The notes below the pieces were generated by a model. That model was not told the DNA's origin, searched no databases, and saw nothing but the letters and a program-made list of their open reading frames with translations. A stretch of DNA of 20,000 bases, from contig JBOZIK010000001.1 of NCBI GenBank assembly GCA_051453625.1, positions 12,417,978 to 12,437,977 on the forward strand. The letters are read 5' to 3'. Shown piece after piece: positions 1 to 11,339 of the stretch (positions are counted from its first letter, which is position 1; every line of letters starts with the position of its first letter). Source of the stretch: Welwitschia mirabilis. Its lineage: Eukaryota. A program made the position numbers and the translations under genes.

Positions 1-510
1 ATTTCCATGTTGATCACTTTCTATCATGTTTTTTTGCTAATAAACTAGTAGAAGTCTTGTTGAAGATTGTGTTAATATGTAAAAAATTGACATTTATATT
101 ACATGTTTTAAGATAATTTATTATAAATAAAGACATTAATTTAATTATTTTAATTATAAAATATGTATTTCAGTATTTTCAAAATAGAACTTAATCTTAT
201 GTTTTTTTCCATAATAATTGCAAATATTTAATCATGTTTTGGAATACATGGTGGAAGATGAACACAATTCCACATAAATAATGATGGGAATAAAGACTTA
301 ATGTGGTAACATGTAGTAGTAGCATTAGAAGATATGTAGCAGAGACATGTGGAGGTGGCACTATAAACATGTGGTGATATCACTAGTTGCTAGAGAAATC
401 TAAAAGGCACATGTTGAACTCATCATAATGTAAGATTCCACGTAATGCTACATGATAACCTCCACCAAACACAATGAGATAAACTTCACCAAATGATAAA
501 TGATGAAAAT

Positions 511-750
511 TCTACCTAATGCTATAGGATAAAATTTCATCTGCCTAATGCTATATGACAATANNNNNNNNNNNNNNNNNNNNNNNNNNNNNNNNNNNNN
601 NNNNNNNNNNNNNNNNNNNNNNNNNNNNNNNNNNNNNNNNNNNNNNNNNNNNNNNNNNNNNNNTATAGGATAAAATTTTATCTACCTAATGCTATATGAC
701 AACGTTCACAAATTCTATAGGAAAGAATCTTACATACCTAATGCTAAATA
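511..750 (+). repeat. Degenerate ~29-bp tandem repeat with core TACCTAATGCTA
   Basis: The core occurs at ~513, ~542, ~683 and ~734. Part of this (523-563 = 664-704) may be gap-overlap duplication. Confidence 0.6.
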
Positions 751-845
751 ATTAAGATTTAAACTAACATTATAGGATGGAGCCCATCCACCTTACCTAC
801 CATTACAATCAAAAGGCTTCCAGCCACCTCAATGCTACCATACCC

Positions 846-852
846 TATAAAA
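846..852 (+). promoter_or_regulatory. Putative LTR TATA box (CCCTATAAAAG)
   Basis: CTATAAAA context lies mid-LTR, downstream of U3-like subrepeats. Confidence 0.4.
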
Positions 853-1682
853 GAACGTTAAGCATCATTTTTAAAAATCTTTAATTAGGTAAAGTAGTGG
901 GAATACTTGGAGTGTCAAGGTTTTATGGGTTTCTAAGAACTCCCTTGGGAGTGTACTTGATCTAAGGCTAGTTTGAGGAGTCCATTTTAGCTTTATATTT
1001 CTCTCTTAATGTAATGTATTTTTTGAATTAATACGAGAAATATTTATTCATTCTTTTCTTTATAGTGCATATTATTATGTTACTAGTAATATTTAGGTGA
1101 AATTTTTTCTTATTGTCAATATTATAGTAGTTGTTCTTTCTTTTATTTTGAGTTCACATTAACATGATAGTAATAATATTTAGATAAGACTACAACATTA
1201 AGATATTTAGGACCAAGTAAATTCTTTAAATTTAGCTTTTCAATTGTAGTCACTATTACGTTATAGATATTAAGAACAATTGTACTTACTTTCTATGTTC
1301 ACAAAGAACTATAAAAGNNNNNNNNNNNNNNNNNACTCTAGTGGTAAATAAGATTAGTTATCATACCTAAGCCACCATGACTTGATGATTTAAATTTTAT
1401 TTTTCAAGAATATAAGAATCACTAAAGTAAAGGTGGGTTGTTAGATAAGCCAAGCCAGCCTCTAGAGCATTGTTCATCTTCTTATGTCATCAACCTTAGT
1501 TCATGAAATTATTTAAAACCCTTGAATTTTATCCTTAGTTTGATTTTCATTACAATAATAAATTATTATTTTAATTTTGATTAGTTTACCATAAATATCC
1601 CTATATAAGAATGATACTGGGTTATCATTCGACTTATTTTGGTTTGATTATACTTAATAATAAATGCTTTTATTAAGAATCA

Positions 1683-2203
1683 TCTTACTATTTTCATCTA
1701 GATGTCCTAGTGGAAAAAGATCCTTTCTCATCAAAATCATCTTTAATAATCATTAATCAATTAAACATTATTTTTTTAGAATGCAAACCATGATATTTAT
1801 TCCCTGACATCTCAATTAGTCAAGTGGGATCTTCATGTGGCATTATGATGACATCGGCTAAGGTCTCTCTTATGTATTACACTCTATAGGATGAAATTAC
1901 TTATCATTTTTATTTTAATGAAAGGGATTAGAGATGAATTAGTCCTCAAAATCATCTAGAAGGTATTAAAAATGATGTAAAACTATGATTTTTGTGATCC
2001 TCACAATAGCCAAGCATAATTATTCTAATTCCCTCATAAATGTATTAAATGGGCCTAAAAACATACTCTAAAACCATGTTAAATGTGGTTAATTTAGTCT
2101 CATAACAGAACTCCTTATCAAGCATTTATTAGTTCTTAAAAAAGCACATTAATAATAATGATTAGTGAGTCAATTTGACAACATAAATATTCTAACTAAT
2201 CAT
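1683..2203 (-). pseudogene. N-terminal APE endonuclease remnant of LINE B ORF2
   Basis: MIS*NI at 2203-2186 (ISWNIRG), FCYETKL at ~2110-2090 (C.QETKL) and *LMIIKDDFDE at ~1760-1728 (W.I.GDFNE), with the expected spacing of about 150 codons. Confidence 0.6.
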
Positions 2204-2209
2204 AAAAAT

Positions 2210-3450
2210 TATTTTTAGTAACTTTATCATACAAGTTCAAGGTAATAATTGTAGTAGATCTTTTAGGATCTTTCCATGAAGAATAGATTAAAGGATTTAA
2301 GAGCTAATTTGTCTTTCATATAGCTATCCTCAATTTAAATTTATATTCTTAAGAGATCTTTGCATTTTCTTTGTTCTTGTGCTTAAAACTTGCCTTTGTT
2401 CCATTCTCATCATTATCACTTATGTAGATAATGCCATGGGGTGATTCATCTAGATTTTCATCATTCTTATTTCCCTATTTTTTACTAGTTTTATTCTAAT
2501 TTTTTAATTGAATATTAAAATCCCCTATCCTATTCTTTTACTTCTCTTTATTTTTCTTAGGGTTGTTAATAGAAGTTACATACTCAACTAGAATTTCATT
2601 CAATCTAAGATTTTCTACTTACTACTAAGACTGTATTTGTCCTTTAATAATGTGAATGCTGGAAGGAACTTCTAAATCTCTATCTTTATTTATTATAACT
2701 TCTCTTAGTTGTTACGCTAAGACTAGTATTGCTTTTGAGTATTCTCTACTTGGGAAGAAACTAAAGTTTCCCCAAAAGTTTCACTTCCATTGGCCACTTT
2801 GGACTATCTCATATTACAATAAGAGATATTTGCAAAAGTTTGACCATATATGAGGGTTTTCTAATCCATGAGTATATACCTAGGCTTAGGGTTAAGGTAT
2901 ATAACTACTTGATTTTTCATTTCAAATAAACTTAATAAGCTTTTGATTAATTCATAGTCTCTACTAAATACCTATTCTCTTAATTTATCAGTGAAGAAAT
3001 TGGAAAGATTCAATTTTCTTCCTTTTCTAAGAGCCAATAATAAGTTTAAGTGTAGTCCCTTTAACTAAGAGTGATTTCCATTTTGAATAATATAACAATC
3101 AATAAATTCAGTGGCTAATTTCTGCGTCCATTGGAGTTTAGGCTTCTTAATATATCCTTTTGCTATTCATGATACACTTTTTTCAAAAAACCAATCTACA
3201 TCATTGTATCCTAAAAAGGTTAGGTAAACTAAATCTCCTTTTTCTAGAATTTATAATATTTAAGAAATAAGCCACTAATTCATAAGATGTCTTCTTCATC
3301 CAATTACTAATTTTCCTTTAATTAGGACTTTTATAGATATGAATTTAAGATCTTCTTTCAAGTACAGAACTAGATTTTAAACCACTACTAAAATGTTGTT
3401 CCAAAGCTTCTTATTCCTTTTGAACTTATCTTTGTTTATAAGTTTAAAAT
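2210..3450 (-). pseudogene. Probable ORF1 remnant (DUF4283 / zf-CCHC-like) of a second LINE (element B); partly duplicated at 3982-4340
   Basis: The duplicate copy reads WMKETSYELVAYFLNIINLEKGDLIYLTF..YADWFFEKSVS*IAKGY..WT in one frame (cf. IIDL.NG.FL..F...D...VL..GPW.IAG.YL...WT). It is followed by LKGLHLNL (cf. L.GLPL.) and YEIVQSGQWK*NFWGN with zinc-knuckle spacing, then an A/G-rich low-complexity tail. Heavily decayed, with approximate boundaries. Confidence 0.45.
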
Positions 3451-4770
3451 GGCAATGCTTCCTCATTTACTTTAACACTTGGAAGCTATCAATTTTCCAT
3501 TAGATTTTTTAAATAATGTTGTCTATGCGTAGGTTTACATGTAAGAAGAAGAATTAAAATGGGTAATCTAAATAAATCATAGAGGGATCCTATAACATTT
3601 CCTAATGTATTAATTATCTTTTGCTAGTTTAACCTCTAGACTCCTTGCATAAGATAATAGTCCCAAAATAGATGATAGGTTGCTTATGTTTTTTCACATA
3701 CTTTATAGTAAGATGTGATCATTTATTCCTTCTTTCTAAGGTTTTTTGCTATTAGTACTTTATCCTTGATATCTAACCATTTTAAAAGTACATATTTATT
3801 CATTATACTACATTATTACATGTTCTCTAATATATTATTTATTTTATATTTTTTAATTAAAATGGATGTTGAATTAACTTTNNNNNNNNNNNNNNNNNNN
3901 NNNNNNNNNNNNNNNNNNNNNNNNNNNNNNNNNNNNNNNNNNNNNNNNNNNNNNNNNNNNNNNNNNNNNNNNNNNNNNNNNATATAAAAATCAATAAATT
4001 TAGTGGCTAATTTCCATGTCCATTAGAGTTTAGGCTTCTTAATATATCCTTTTGCTATTCATGATACACTTTTTTCAAAAAACCAATCTGCATAATTGTA
4101 TCTTAAAAATGTTAGGTAAATTAAATCTCCTTTTTCTAGATTTATAATGTTTAAGAAATAAGCCACTAATTCATAAGATGTCTCCTTCATCCAATAACTA
4201 ATTTTCCTTTAATTAGAACTTTTCTAGATATGAATTTAAGATCTTCTTTCAAGTACAGAACTGGATTTTAAACCACTACTACAATGTTGTTCCAAAGCTT
4301 CTTATTCCTTTTGAACTTATCTCTGTTTATAGGTTTAAAATGGTGATGCTTCCTTATTTACTTTAACACTAAGAAGCTATCAATTTTTCATTAGATTTTT
4401 TAAAGAATATTGTCTATGCATGAGTTTACATGTAAGAAGAAGAATTAAAATGAGTAATCTAAATAAATCATAGAGGGATTCTATAACATTTTCTAATGTA
4501 TTAATTATCTTTTTCTAGTTTAATCTCTAGACTCCTTGCATAAGAGAATAGTCCCAAAATAGATGATAGGTTGCTTATGTTTTTTCACATACTTTATAAT
4601 AAGATGTGACATATATTCCTTCTTTCTAAGGTTTTCTGCTATTAGTACTTTATCTTTAATATTTAACCATTTTTAAAGTACATATTTATTCATTATACTA
4701 CATTATTACATGTTCTCTAATATACTATTTATTTTATATTTTTAATGAAAATGAATGTTGAATTAACTTT
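3090..4770 (+). repeat. Gap-flanking direct duplication 3090-3881 / 3982-4770
   Basis: Colinear copies around a 100-N gap, with about 14 differences in the first ~215 bp by hand count. Confidence 0.95.
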
Positions 4771-4878
4771 ATTTCTATTAATTATTCTATAGTTCCTTTT
4801 CATTATCAAGTTCAAATATATTTAATTAATAAGCCATTATAAATAGTTTATAGCTTTACATATGATTGCATTTCCTAA
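4500..4878 (-). pseudogene. C-terminal continuation of LINE A ORF2 (zf-RVT zinc-binding domain); duplicate at ~3610-3881
   Basis: The minus strand gives WLNIKDKVLIAENLRKK and, after a frameshift, YHLFWDYSLMQGV*R. This matches the zf-RVT pattern WL...D+ILT.DNL.KRG...HLFW.C....VW. The spacing from the DPW motif is plausible once the LTR element is removed. Confidence 0.75.
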
Positions 4879-6298
4879 GTAAGTGTTTCTATGTGTATTT
4901 ATGTAAATATTAGGTCCTTTATCAAATTCTATTAATTACAAACATATGCATAAATACAACACAGTAATATAGATGTGATTAAACCTGAATGTTGTAATCC
5001 ATCAAAGGCCCTAGGCGAGAAGAAATAGAATTGCTTTCATGAAGTAAAGGTTGAAAACGAAAATCAACAATTCAAGAAAAGTAAACACATAATGCAATGC
5101 AATGAAATCTAATCTAAATGCAATATCTCTCTGACTACCAAATTCTATCACCAAGATCAACCTTACAAAATCTAGATTAATTAAGAAAACTACCACTAAC
5201 TAAGACCAAACTAGGGTATTAAGTACATCAATCAAAATATTAAAAAGATATAATTATTAATCTATAAAATATAAAATTCAATTCAAGTTCCTAAACTAAT
5301 GACTTCAACCTTAACAAAGGATGGTCTTAATGACCTCTATCATAATTAAAGCTATTATGAAATCACAGCAACATAAACCATAAGGGACATGCACATGAAT
5401 ATATTAAAACTAAAAGAAATTTTCATATTAAGTCGAATCAACATCCTATTACAAAGTCGCAGTACCTCAATGAAGAAGACATAACCCNNNNNNNNNNNNN
5501 NNNNNNNNNNNNNNNNNNNNNNNNNNNNNNNNNNNNNNNNNNNNNNNNNNNNNNNNNNNNNNNNNNNNNNNNNNNNNNNNNNNNNNNAATTGTTCTATAG
5601 TTCCTTTTCATTATCAAGTTAAAATCTATTTAATTAATAAGCCCTTATAAATAGTTTATAGATTTGCCTATGATTGCATTTCCTAAGTGAGTGTTGCTAT
5701 GCGTATTTATGTAAATATTAGGTTCTTTATCAAATTCTATTAATCACCACAATATGCATAAATACAACACAGTAATATAGATGGGATTAAACCTAAATGT
5801 TGTAATCCATCAAAGGCCCTAGGCAAGAAGAAATAGAATTGATTTTTATGAAGTAAAGGTTGAAAATGAAAATCAACAATTCAAGAAAAGTAAATACATA
5901 ATGCAATGAAATTAAATCTAATCTAAACGCAACATCTCTCTGACTACCAAATTTCTATTACCAAGATCAACTCTATATAACCTAGATTAATTAAGAAAAC
6001 TATCACTAACTAAGACCAAACTAGGGTATTAAGTACATCAAACAAAATATTAAAAACATATAATTATTAATCTATAAAATATAAAATGCAATGCAAGTTC
6101 CTAAAATAATGATTTCAATCTTAAAAAAGATTGGTCTTAATGATCTATATCACAATTAAAGCTATTATGAAATCATAGTAACATAAACCATAAGGGACAT
6201 GCACATGAATATATTAAAACTAAAAGAATATTTTCATATTAAGTCGAATCAACATCCTATTACAAAGTAGCAATACCTTAATGAAGAAGACATAACCC
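4780..6298 (+). repeat. Gap-flanking direct duplication 4780-5487 / 5588-6298
   Basis: Colinear copies around a 100-N gap; both include the LINE/LTR junction. Confidence 0.95.
4884..5487 (-). repeat. Alternate (probably other-haplotype) copy of the outer part of the 3' LTR
   Basis: TGTTTCTATGTGTATTTATG... is preceded by GTAAG and the same flank as 5588-5691. It matches 5692-6298. Confidence 0.85.
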
Positions 6299-7489
6299 AC
6301 CATCAACGAAGACTCCTCTCTACAACTAATGGAAAGACCTCTAATCCTTCAATTTCCTATCTAAGAATTTATAATGCAACAAAGATGATCAAAGTTAAGG
6401 ATGAAGGAAATATTTATTGATAATAATAGGCTAAGAAATAAACAATCCTAATATATGTAATTAAAACCCTAATGGTATATGGAAATTTCATGACATATTA
6501 CACAAGTAAGGTAAAGTTTGATACATTGATTAAAAATAGTGGTCATCCTAGTTATCGTCTGGATGATGGTGGGGNNNNNNNNNNNNNNNNNNNNNNNNNN
6601 NNNNNNNNNNNNNNNNNNNNNNNNNNNNNNNNNNNNNNNNNNNNNNNNNNNNNNNNNNNNNNNNNNNNNNNNNNNNNNNNNNNNNNNNNNNNNNNNNNNN
6701 NNNNNNNNNNNNNNNNNNNNNNNNNNNNNNNNNNNNNNNNNNNNNNNNNNNNNNNNNNNNNNNNNNNNNNNNNNNNNNNNNNNNNNNNNNNNNNNNNNNN
6801 NNNNNNNNNNNNNNNNNNNNNNNNNNNNNNNNNNNNNNNNNNNNNNNNNNNNNNNNNNNNNNNNNNNNNNNNNNNNNNNNNNNNNNNNNNNNNNNNNNNN
6901 NNNNNNTACAAAGTAGCAGTACCTCAATGAAGAAGACATAACCCATCATCAATGAAGAATCCTCTCTACAACTAATGGAAAGACCTCTAATCCTTCAATT
7001 TCCTATCCAAGGATTTCTAATGCAATAAAGATAATCAAAGTTGAGGATGAAGGTAATATTTATTGATAATAATAGGTTAAGAAATAAACAATCCTAATAG
7101 ATGCAATTAAAACCTAATGGTATATGGAAATTACATGACATATTACACAAGTTAGGTAAAGTTTGATACATTGACTAAAAATAGTGGTCATCCTAGTTAT
7201 TATTTGGATGATGGTGGGGATGACGCCATGTTTAAAGAGTTCTATGTCTAGACTTCATGTTAGTCTAATCAGCATCCTAGTTAAATTGGCCTTAAAGCTC
7301 ATTAATTCCTTCTTAAAATGTAAATCATCAAAATTATTTTAAAATGCCTTTAATTATATTGGTATTTGTGCATTTCTATGATTTTCTTCTTAACACTTAA
7401 TAATGTTTATTTTATGCTTAAACTTGTCTAAATGATCTATAAAGCTACTTATAATACCTCATCAAAACATATAATTTGGCATCACAATA
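5692..7489 (-). repeat. 3' LTR of the Athila-like element (about 1.15 kb after removing the gap and duplicated overlap)
   Basis: On + it starts TGTTGCTATGCGTATTTATG after GTGAG and ends GGCATCACAATA before the PPT. Segment 6261-6574 is repeated at 6907-7219 across a gap. Confidence 0.9.
6261..7219 (+). repeat. Gap-flanking direct duplication 6261-6574 / 6907-7219
   Basis: Colinear copies around a 332-N gap. Confidence 0.95.
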
Positions 7490-7503
7490 TAGCCCTCCAC
7501 TTA
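7490..7503 (-). promoter_or_regulatory. Polypurine tract (PPT)
   Basis: The minus strand reads TAAGTGGAGGGCTA immediately before the 3' LTR start TATTGTGATG. Confidence 0.7.
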
Positions 7504-9593
7504 GTCTTATTAGTTTTTGACAAAGTTAACGAACAACTGTAATTGCGAGTCAAATTGACTAAGATAGAAATACTAACTAGGTATATATAAATTAAGTTTA
7601 GAAATCTCAACATGTAAGATAAAAACNNNNNNNNNNNNNNNNNNNNNNNNNNNNNNNNNNNNNNNNNNNNNNNNNNNNNNNNNNNNNNNNNNNNNNNNNN
7701 NNNNNNNNNNNNNNNNNNNNNNNNNNNNNNNNNNNNNNNNNNNNNNNNNNNNNNNNNNNNNNNNNNNNNNNNNNNNNNNNNNNNNNNNNNNNNNNNNNNN
7801 NNNNNNNNNNNNNNNNNNNNNNNNNNNNNNNNNNNNNNNNNNNNNNNNNNNNNNNNNNNNNNNNNNNNNNNNNNNNNNNNNNNNNNNNNNNNNNNNNNNN
7901 NNNNNNNNNNNNNNNNNNNNNNNNNNNNNNNNNNNNNNNNNNNNNNNNNNNNNNNNNNNNNNNNNNNNNNNNNNNNNNNNNNNNNNNNNNNNNNNNNNNN
8001 NATTCCTGCAAGAAAAACAAATTGTGAGTATTTTGCTATTAAGTACATGTTTTACTAAGTATTATCCATAACGTATATCACTCAAATAATAGAGATTTAG
8101 AATTGAATTAGTACACTATAGATATGTCTCATGAAAATGTAAAAATAACACTTAAAACTTTTAAATTTTTACTCATAATATCTTAAAATATATATATCCT
8201 CTCTTCCGCAACAAGTGAATCAATACGTCCCATATTACATTAAGGTCAGACTCAATAGATCAATTATGTAAANNNNNNNNNNNNNNNNNNNNNNNNNNNN
8301 NNNNNNNNNNNNNNNNNNNNNNNNNNNNNNNNNNGGAATAGTATCTAGTGACTAAAAATAAAGGTTAAATTTAGTTTGAAAAAGATGAAGCATGAAAATT
8401 AGAATTATCTAAAAAATATTTATGTTTCATCCATGTGGTCATTTGGATAAGAAAAAGGATGACATAGGTTTTCAAAAGATTAATAAAACATTAAATTATC
8501 AACAAAATAAGTTAAAGCTCAGATAATTTCATAGAGATTTAAGAGAAGTATCAGAAACTCTAAGAGATGAGAAATGGCTAAGAATTGTGATAAATCAAGA
8601 AATGATAAANNNNNNNNNNNNNNNNNNNNNNNNNNNNNNNNNNNNNNNNNNNNNNNNNNNNNNNNNNNNNNNNNNNNNNNNNNNNNNNNNNNNNNNNNNN
8701 NNNNNNNNNAGGTAAATGCACTAAGCTAAGAAAGTTAAATGTGCCATGAGCTCACAATTATTAAAAAGAGTATTGAATGCATCAAAAATCAAAAATAAAA
8801 TTAAAGAAAACTAAACTTGAAAATATTCAAAAGAATAGATGAGAAAAATTAGCATCATAAACTAAGGAAATTTATTTGAAAAAAAAAATTAACTTCTAAA
8901 AATAAAAATTGCAAATGAATATAAAAATTAACAAGAAAAATATTAAATGATCAAGTCCTAAGTATTTGTGATGAAAAAGAATGGAAATGATTTTGAAATA
9001 CCACAGAAAACAACTAAGAAAGAAAAATGAAAATAGACAACTTAATAAAATGAAGAAAATTATGTATCTACCCTAAATTCAAGCTTTAAAAACCCTCATA
9101 GAAGAAATTATAAAATCACTTGATTAATGATGTATAACATAATGTAAAGACTCCATAAAGTATCACTTAAATAGGTAGTGATTATGATGATACCAAGTAA
9201 CTAATGTTTTCAAATAATGAGTGATAAGATCAAAAGTTTCTCAGAAATAAACTCATGTAATAGCACCCCAAAGCATACCTAAATCCTCAAAAGTGAAATG
9301 ATCATATGGGAATACTATAAGCATAACAAATATAGGAAACAAGCAATGCCTTTAATGACACTAAGAACACTATTGATCTCATAGCATTAAAGTATTTTAT
9401 TTCAATCCATGATAAGGGGATTGAAACCACACTAAGAGAAGTAGGAACTTATAAAGCATAACCAATTGACCCCCTGTGGAGTTCTCATAGCTACTAATAC
9501 TTCCAAAAGTTCCTCTTGGAAAAATTTACCCAAGTGCAGTAGGACATCATGAGAACCATGTATTTTAGCACAAAAACAATAGATCATGGTTAT

Positions 9594-9596
<3 letters not shown>

Positions 9597-9655
<59 letters not shown>

Positions 9656-9656
9656 A

Positions 9657-9695
<39 letters not shown>
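9597..9695. repeat. (TC)n/(GA)n microsatellite, ~99 bp, with a few TA interruptions
   Basis: Directly visible in the sequence. Confidence 0.98.
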
Positions 9696-9697
<2 letters not shown>

Positions 9698-11339
9698 GTC
9701 TTTTGAATATTTCTTTAGAATAAATACCACATGATCATTCACTTGTAAAGACAAAGGGGAAGAAATGAAATGAAAGATATGAAAGAATACTCTTAAACAA
9801 TCAAAGAATCATATCATTAAGAGAAAACACAAAAAAACAAAGCATCTTCCTTTAAAATAGAGTTTATAGACATTTGAATGTTTTAAGATTGGATGAACTT
9901 AATCCTCTTACTTTTGAAATGACCAAGTACAAGTTACTAGTCATGGTAACTCTATAAAGTAAACTATAACTCAAGTTTTAAAGATGTTCAAGTGATAGCA
10001 TGACATCCACCAAAAAAATCAACTAAGAAATAATTCAGAAAATGGTAGGATAACTTTTAAAATAATTGATTTTATCATGTTCCAAGTCTTTTAATAAGTC
10101 ATGAATTTGTAATCTTGTTTATTTTTCTGAATTTCCCTAATGTTTAAATTAGAAATCTTAACTGAGCCACTAAAAATGTACTTCTAAAAGATAAGAATCT
10201 AGTCATCTAAAGATTAGTTATTTAGATATAAAAAACCAAAAATAAATGTTAAAAAAAAAATCACAAACTAAAAATAAATTTTATTTGAATCCTAAATTCT
10301 ATCCATACTTTATTTACAAAAAAAAAGAAAAAGAAAAAGAAAGAAGAATTTATTTAGATTCTAAGGCATTATATTTTCTTAGAAAAATAAGAACCAAATC
10401 AAATAAAGACCAATTCTTAAAACATAATAGACACATATGCATGAAAAAGTAACATTTTGATTACACAAAGTTTATTTGCAATATAAGAGAAAAAGAAGTT
10501 ATATAATTTATGGAAGAATAATCTATTATCAAATACATGATATGAATAATTCTAAATATATATTTCATCTAATGGTTGATATTGAGAATGAAAAAGATTA
10601 ATAATATTATTAGAAAGCAAAAATCTTGGAGAAATATTCTTTGGATGAATGATTAAAGAAGGTTTAATCTACTAAAGAAGTTCTCTAAGTCTCAGCTTGA
10701 AGTATGAATTATCAAAGAGATAAGATTTTCTACAATTTAGAATTCCAAGATATCCCAAGTTATACCTTTAAAATTATTTATCATTAGAGGTTAAATTAAA
10801 CTTAGTAGAATAGAAAAAAATGTTTCTTTGAAAATTTTTAAAAGAATGGAATGAATAAACATGAGAAGATTGTCTAACTTGGATCATTATATTGGAAAGG
10901 ATAGATTTATTTATCATTAAATTTGATTGATATTTTATGGGTTTTTCATTATTCTTCCTTTTTTCATTATTGTCATTACCCTTACTATGTTGAATATTTT
11001 CTATATTTTTCTTATTAGTAATTGTATCTTTCATTTTTTAATTATTCTTAATTTTTAAACTAATTTTTGAATTTTTTTAAACTATCATTCTGCTCTTGCA
11101 TCTAGACCATGGGGGTGGATGATGAGACTTATAACAAAAATTTTTAATTAGGTTCGCATGTTGAAATTATTTCCTATTAATATATTTTACTTTTCCTTGT
11201 ATTGGAATTGTTTATTTTTGTTGGATTTTTGTACAAAGTTAAGTCTTGTAGCATTCTTAATTTCATGTTAACTGGGTGATGTTGAACAACTAAGTTGATT
11301 TAACTATTTTTTATAAGTTTACTTCATCATCCATATCTT

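Larger units (their letters stand above)
61..1682 (+). mobile_element. Probable solo LTR of a different LTR retrotransposon family
   Basis: Termini TGA...TCA, flanked by TCTTG(T) at 55-60 and TCTTA at 1683-1687. It has internal short tandem repeats, a TATA box at 846 and a T-rich 3' half. No PBS follows, and LINE endonuclease-like coding remnants lie on both sides. No evident similarity to the Athila LTRs in this window. Confidence 0.5.

Noticed and set aside
511..750. TACCTAATGCTA repeats as a CRISPR-like array
   Set aside because: Few degenerate units, no unique regular spacers, no cas genes, eukaryotic TE context, and partly a gap-overlap artefact.
2656..2853. 65-aa plus-strand ORF
   Set aside because: It is antisense to the LINE B ORF1-like remnant and has no recognisable motif.
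2872..2906. Small inverted repeat TATATACC...GGTATATA
   Set aside because: An 8-bp AT-rich stem inside a decayed coding remnant, with no TSD or MITE structure; compatible with chance.
2900..3450. RNase H domain of LINE A
   Set aside because: Only weak resemblance with no clear N.DG catalytic motif. The ORF1/DUF4283 reading fits better, though this is not settled without an HMM search.
4884..7489. Three-LTR or tandem-LTR element
   Set aside because: The extra LTR pieces duplicate the flanking DNA too, sit at gaps and show alternating alleles, so uncollapsed haplotypes explain them better.
9549..9734. 61-aa Ser/Leu-repeat ORF
   Set aside because: It is a translation of the (TC)n microsatellite.
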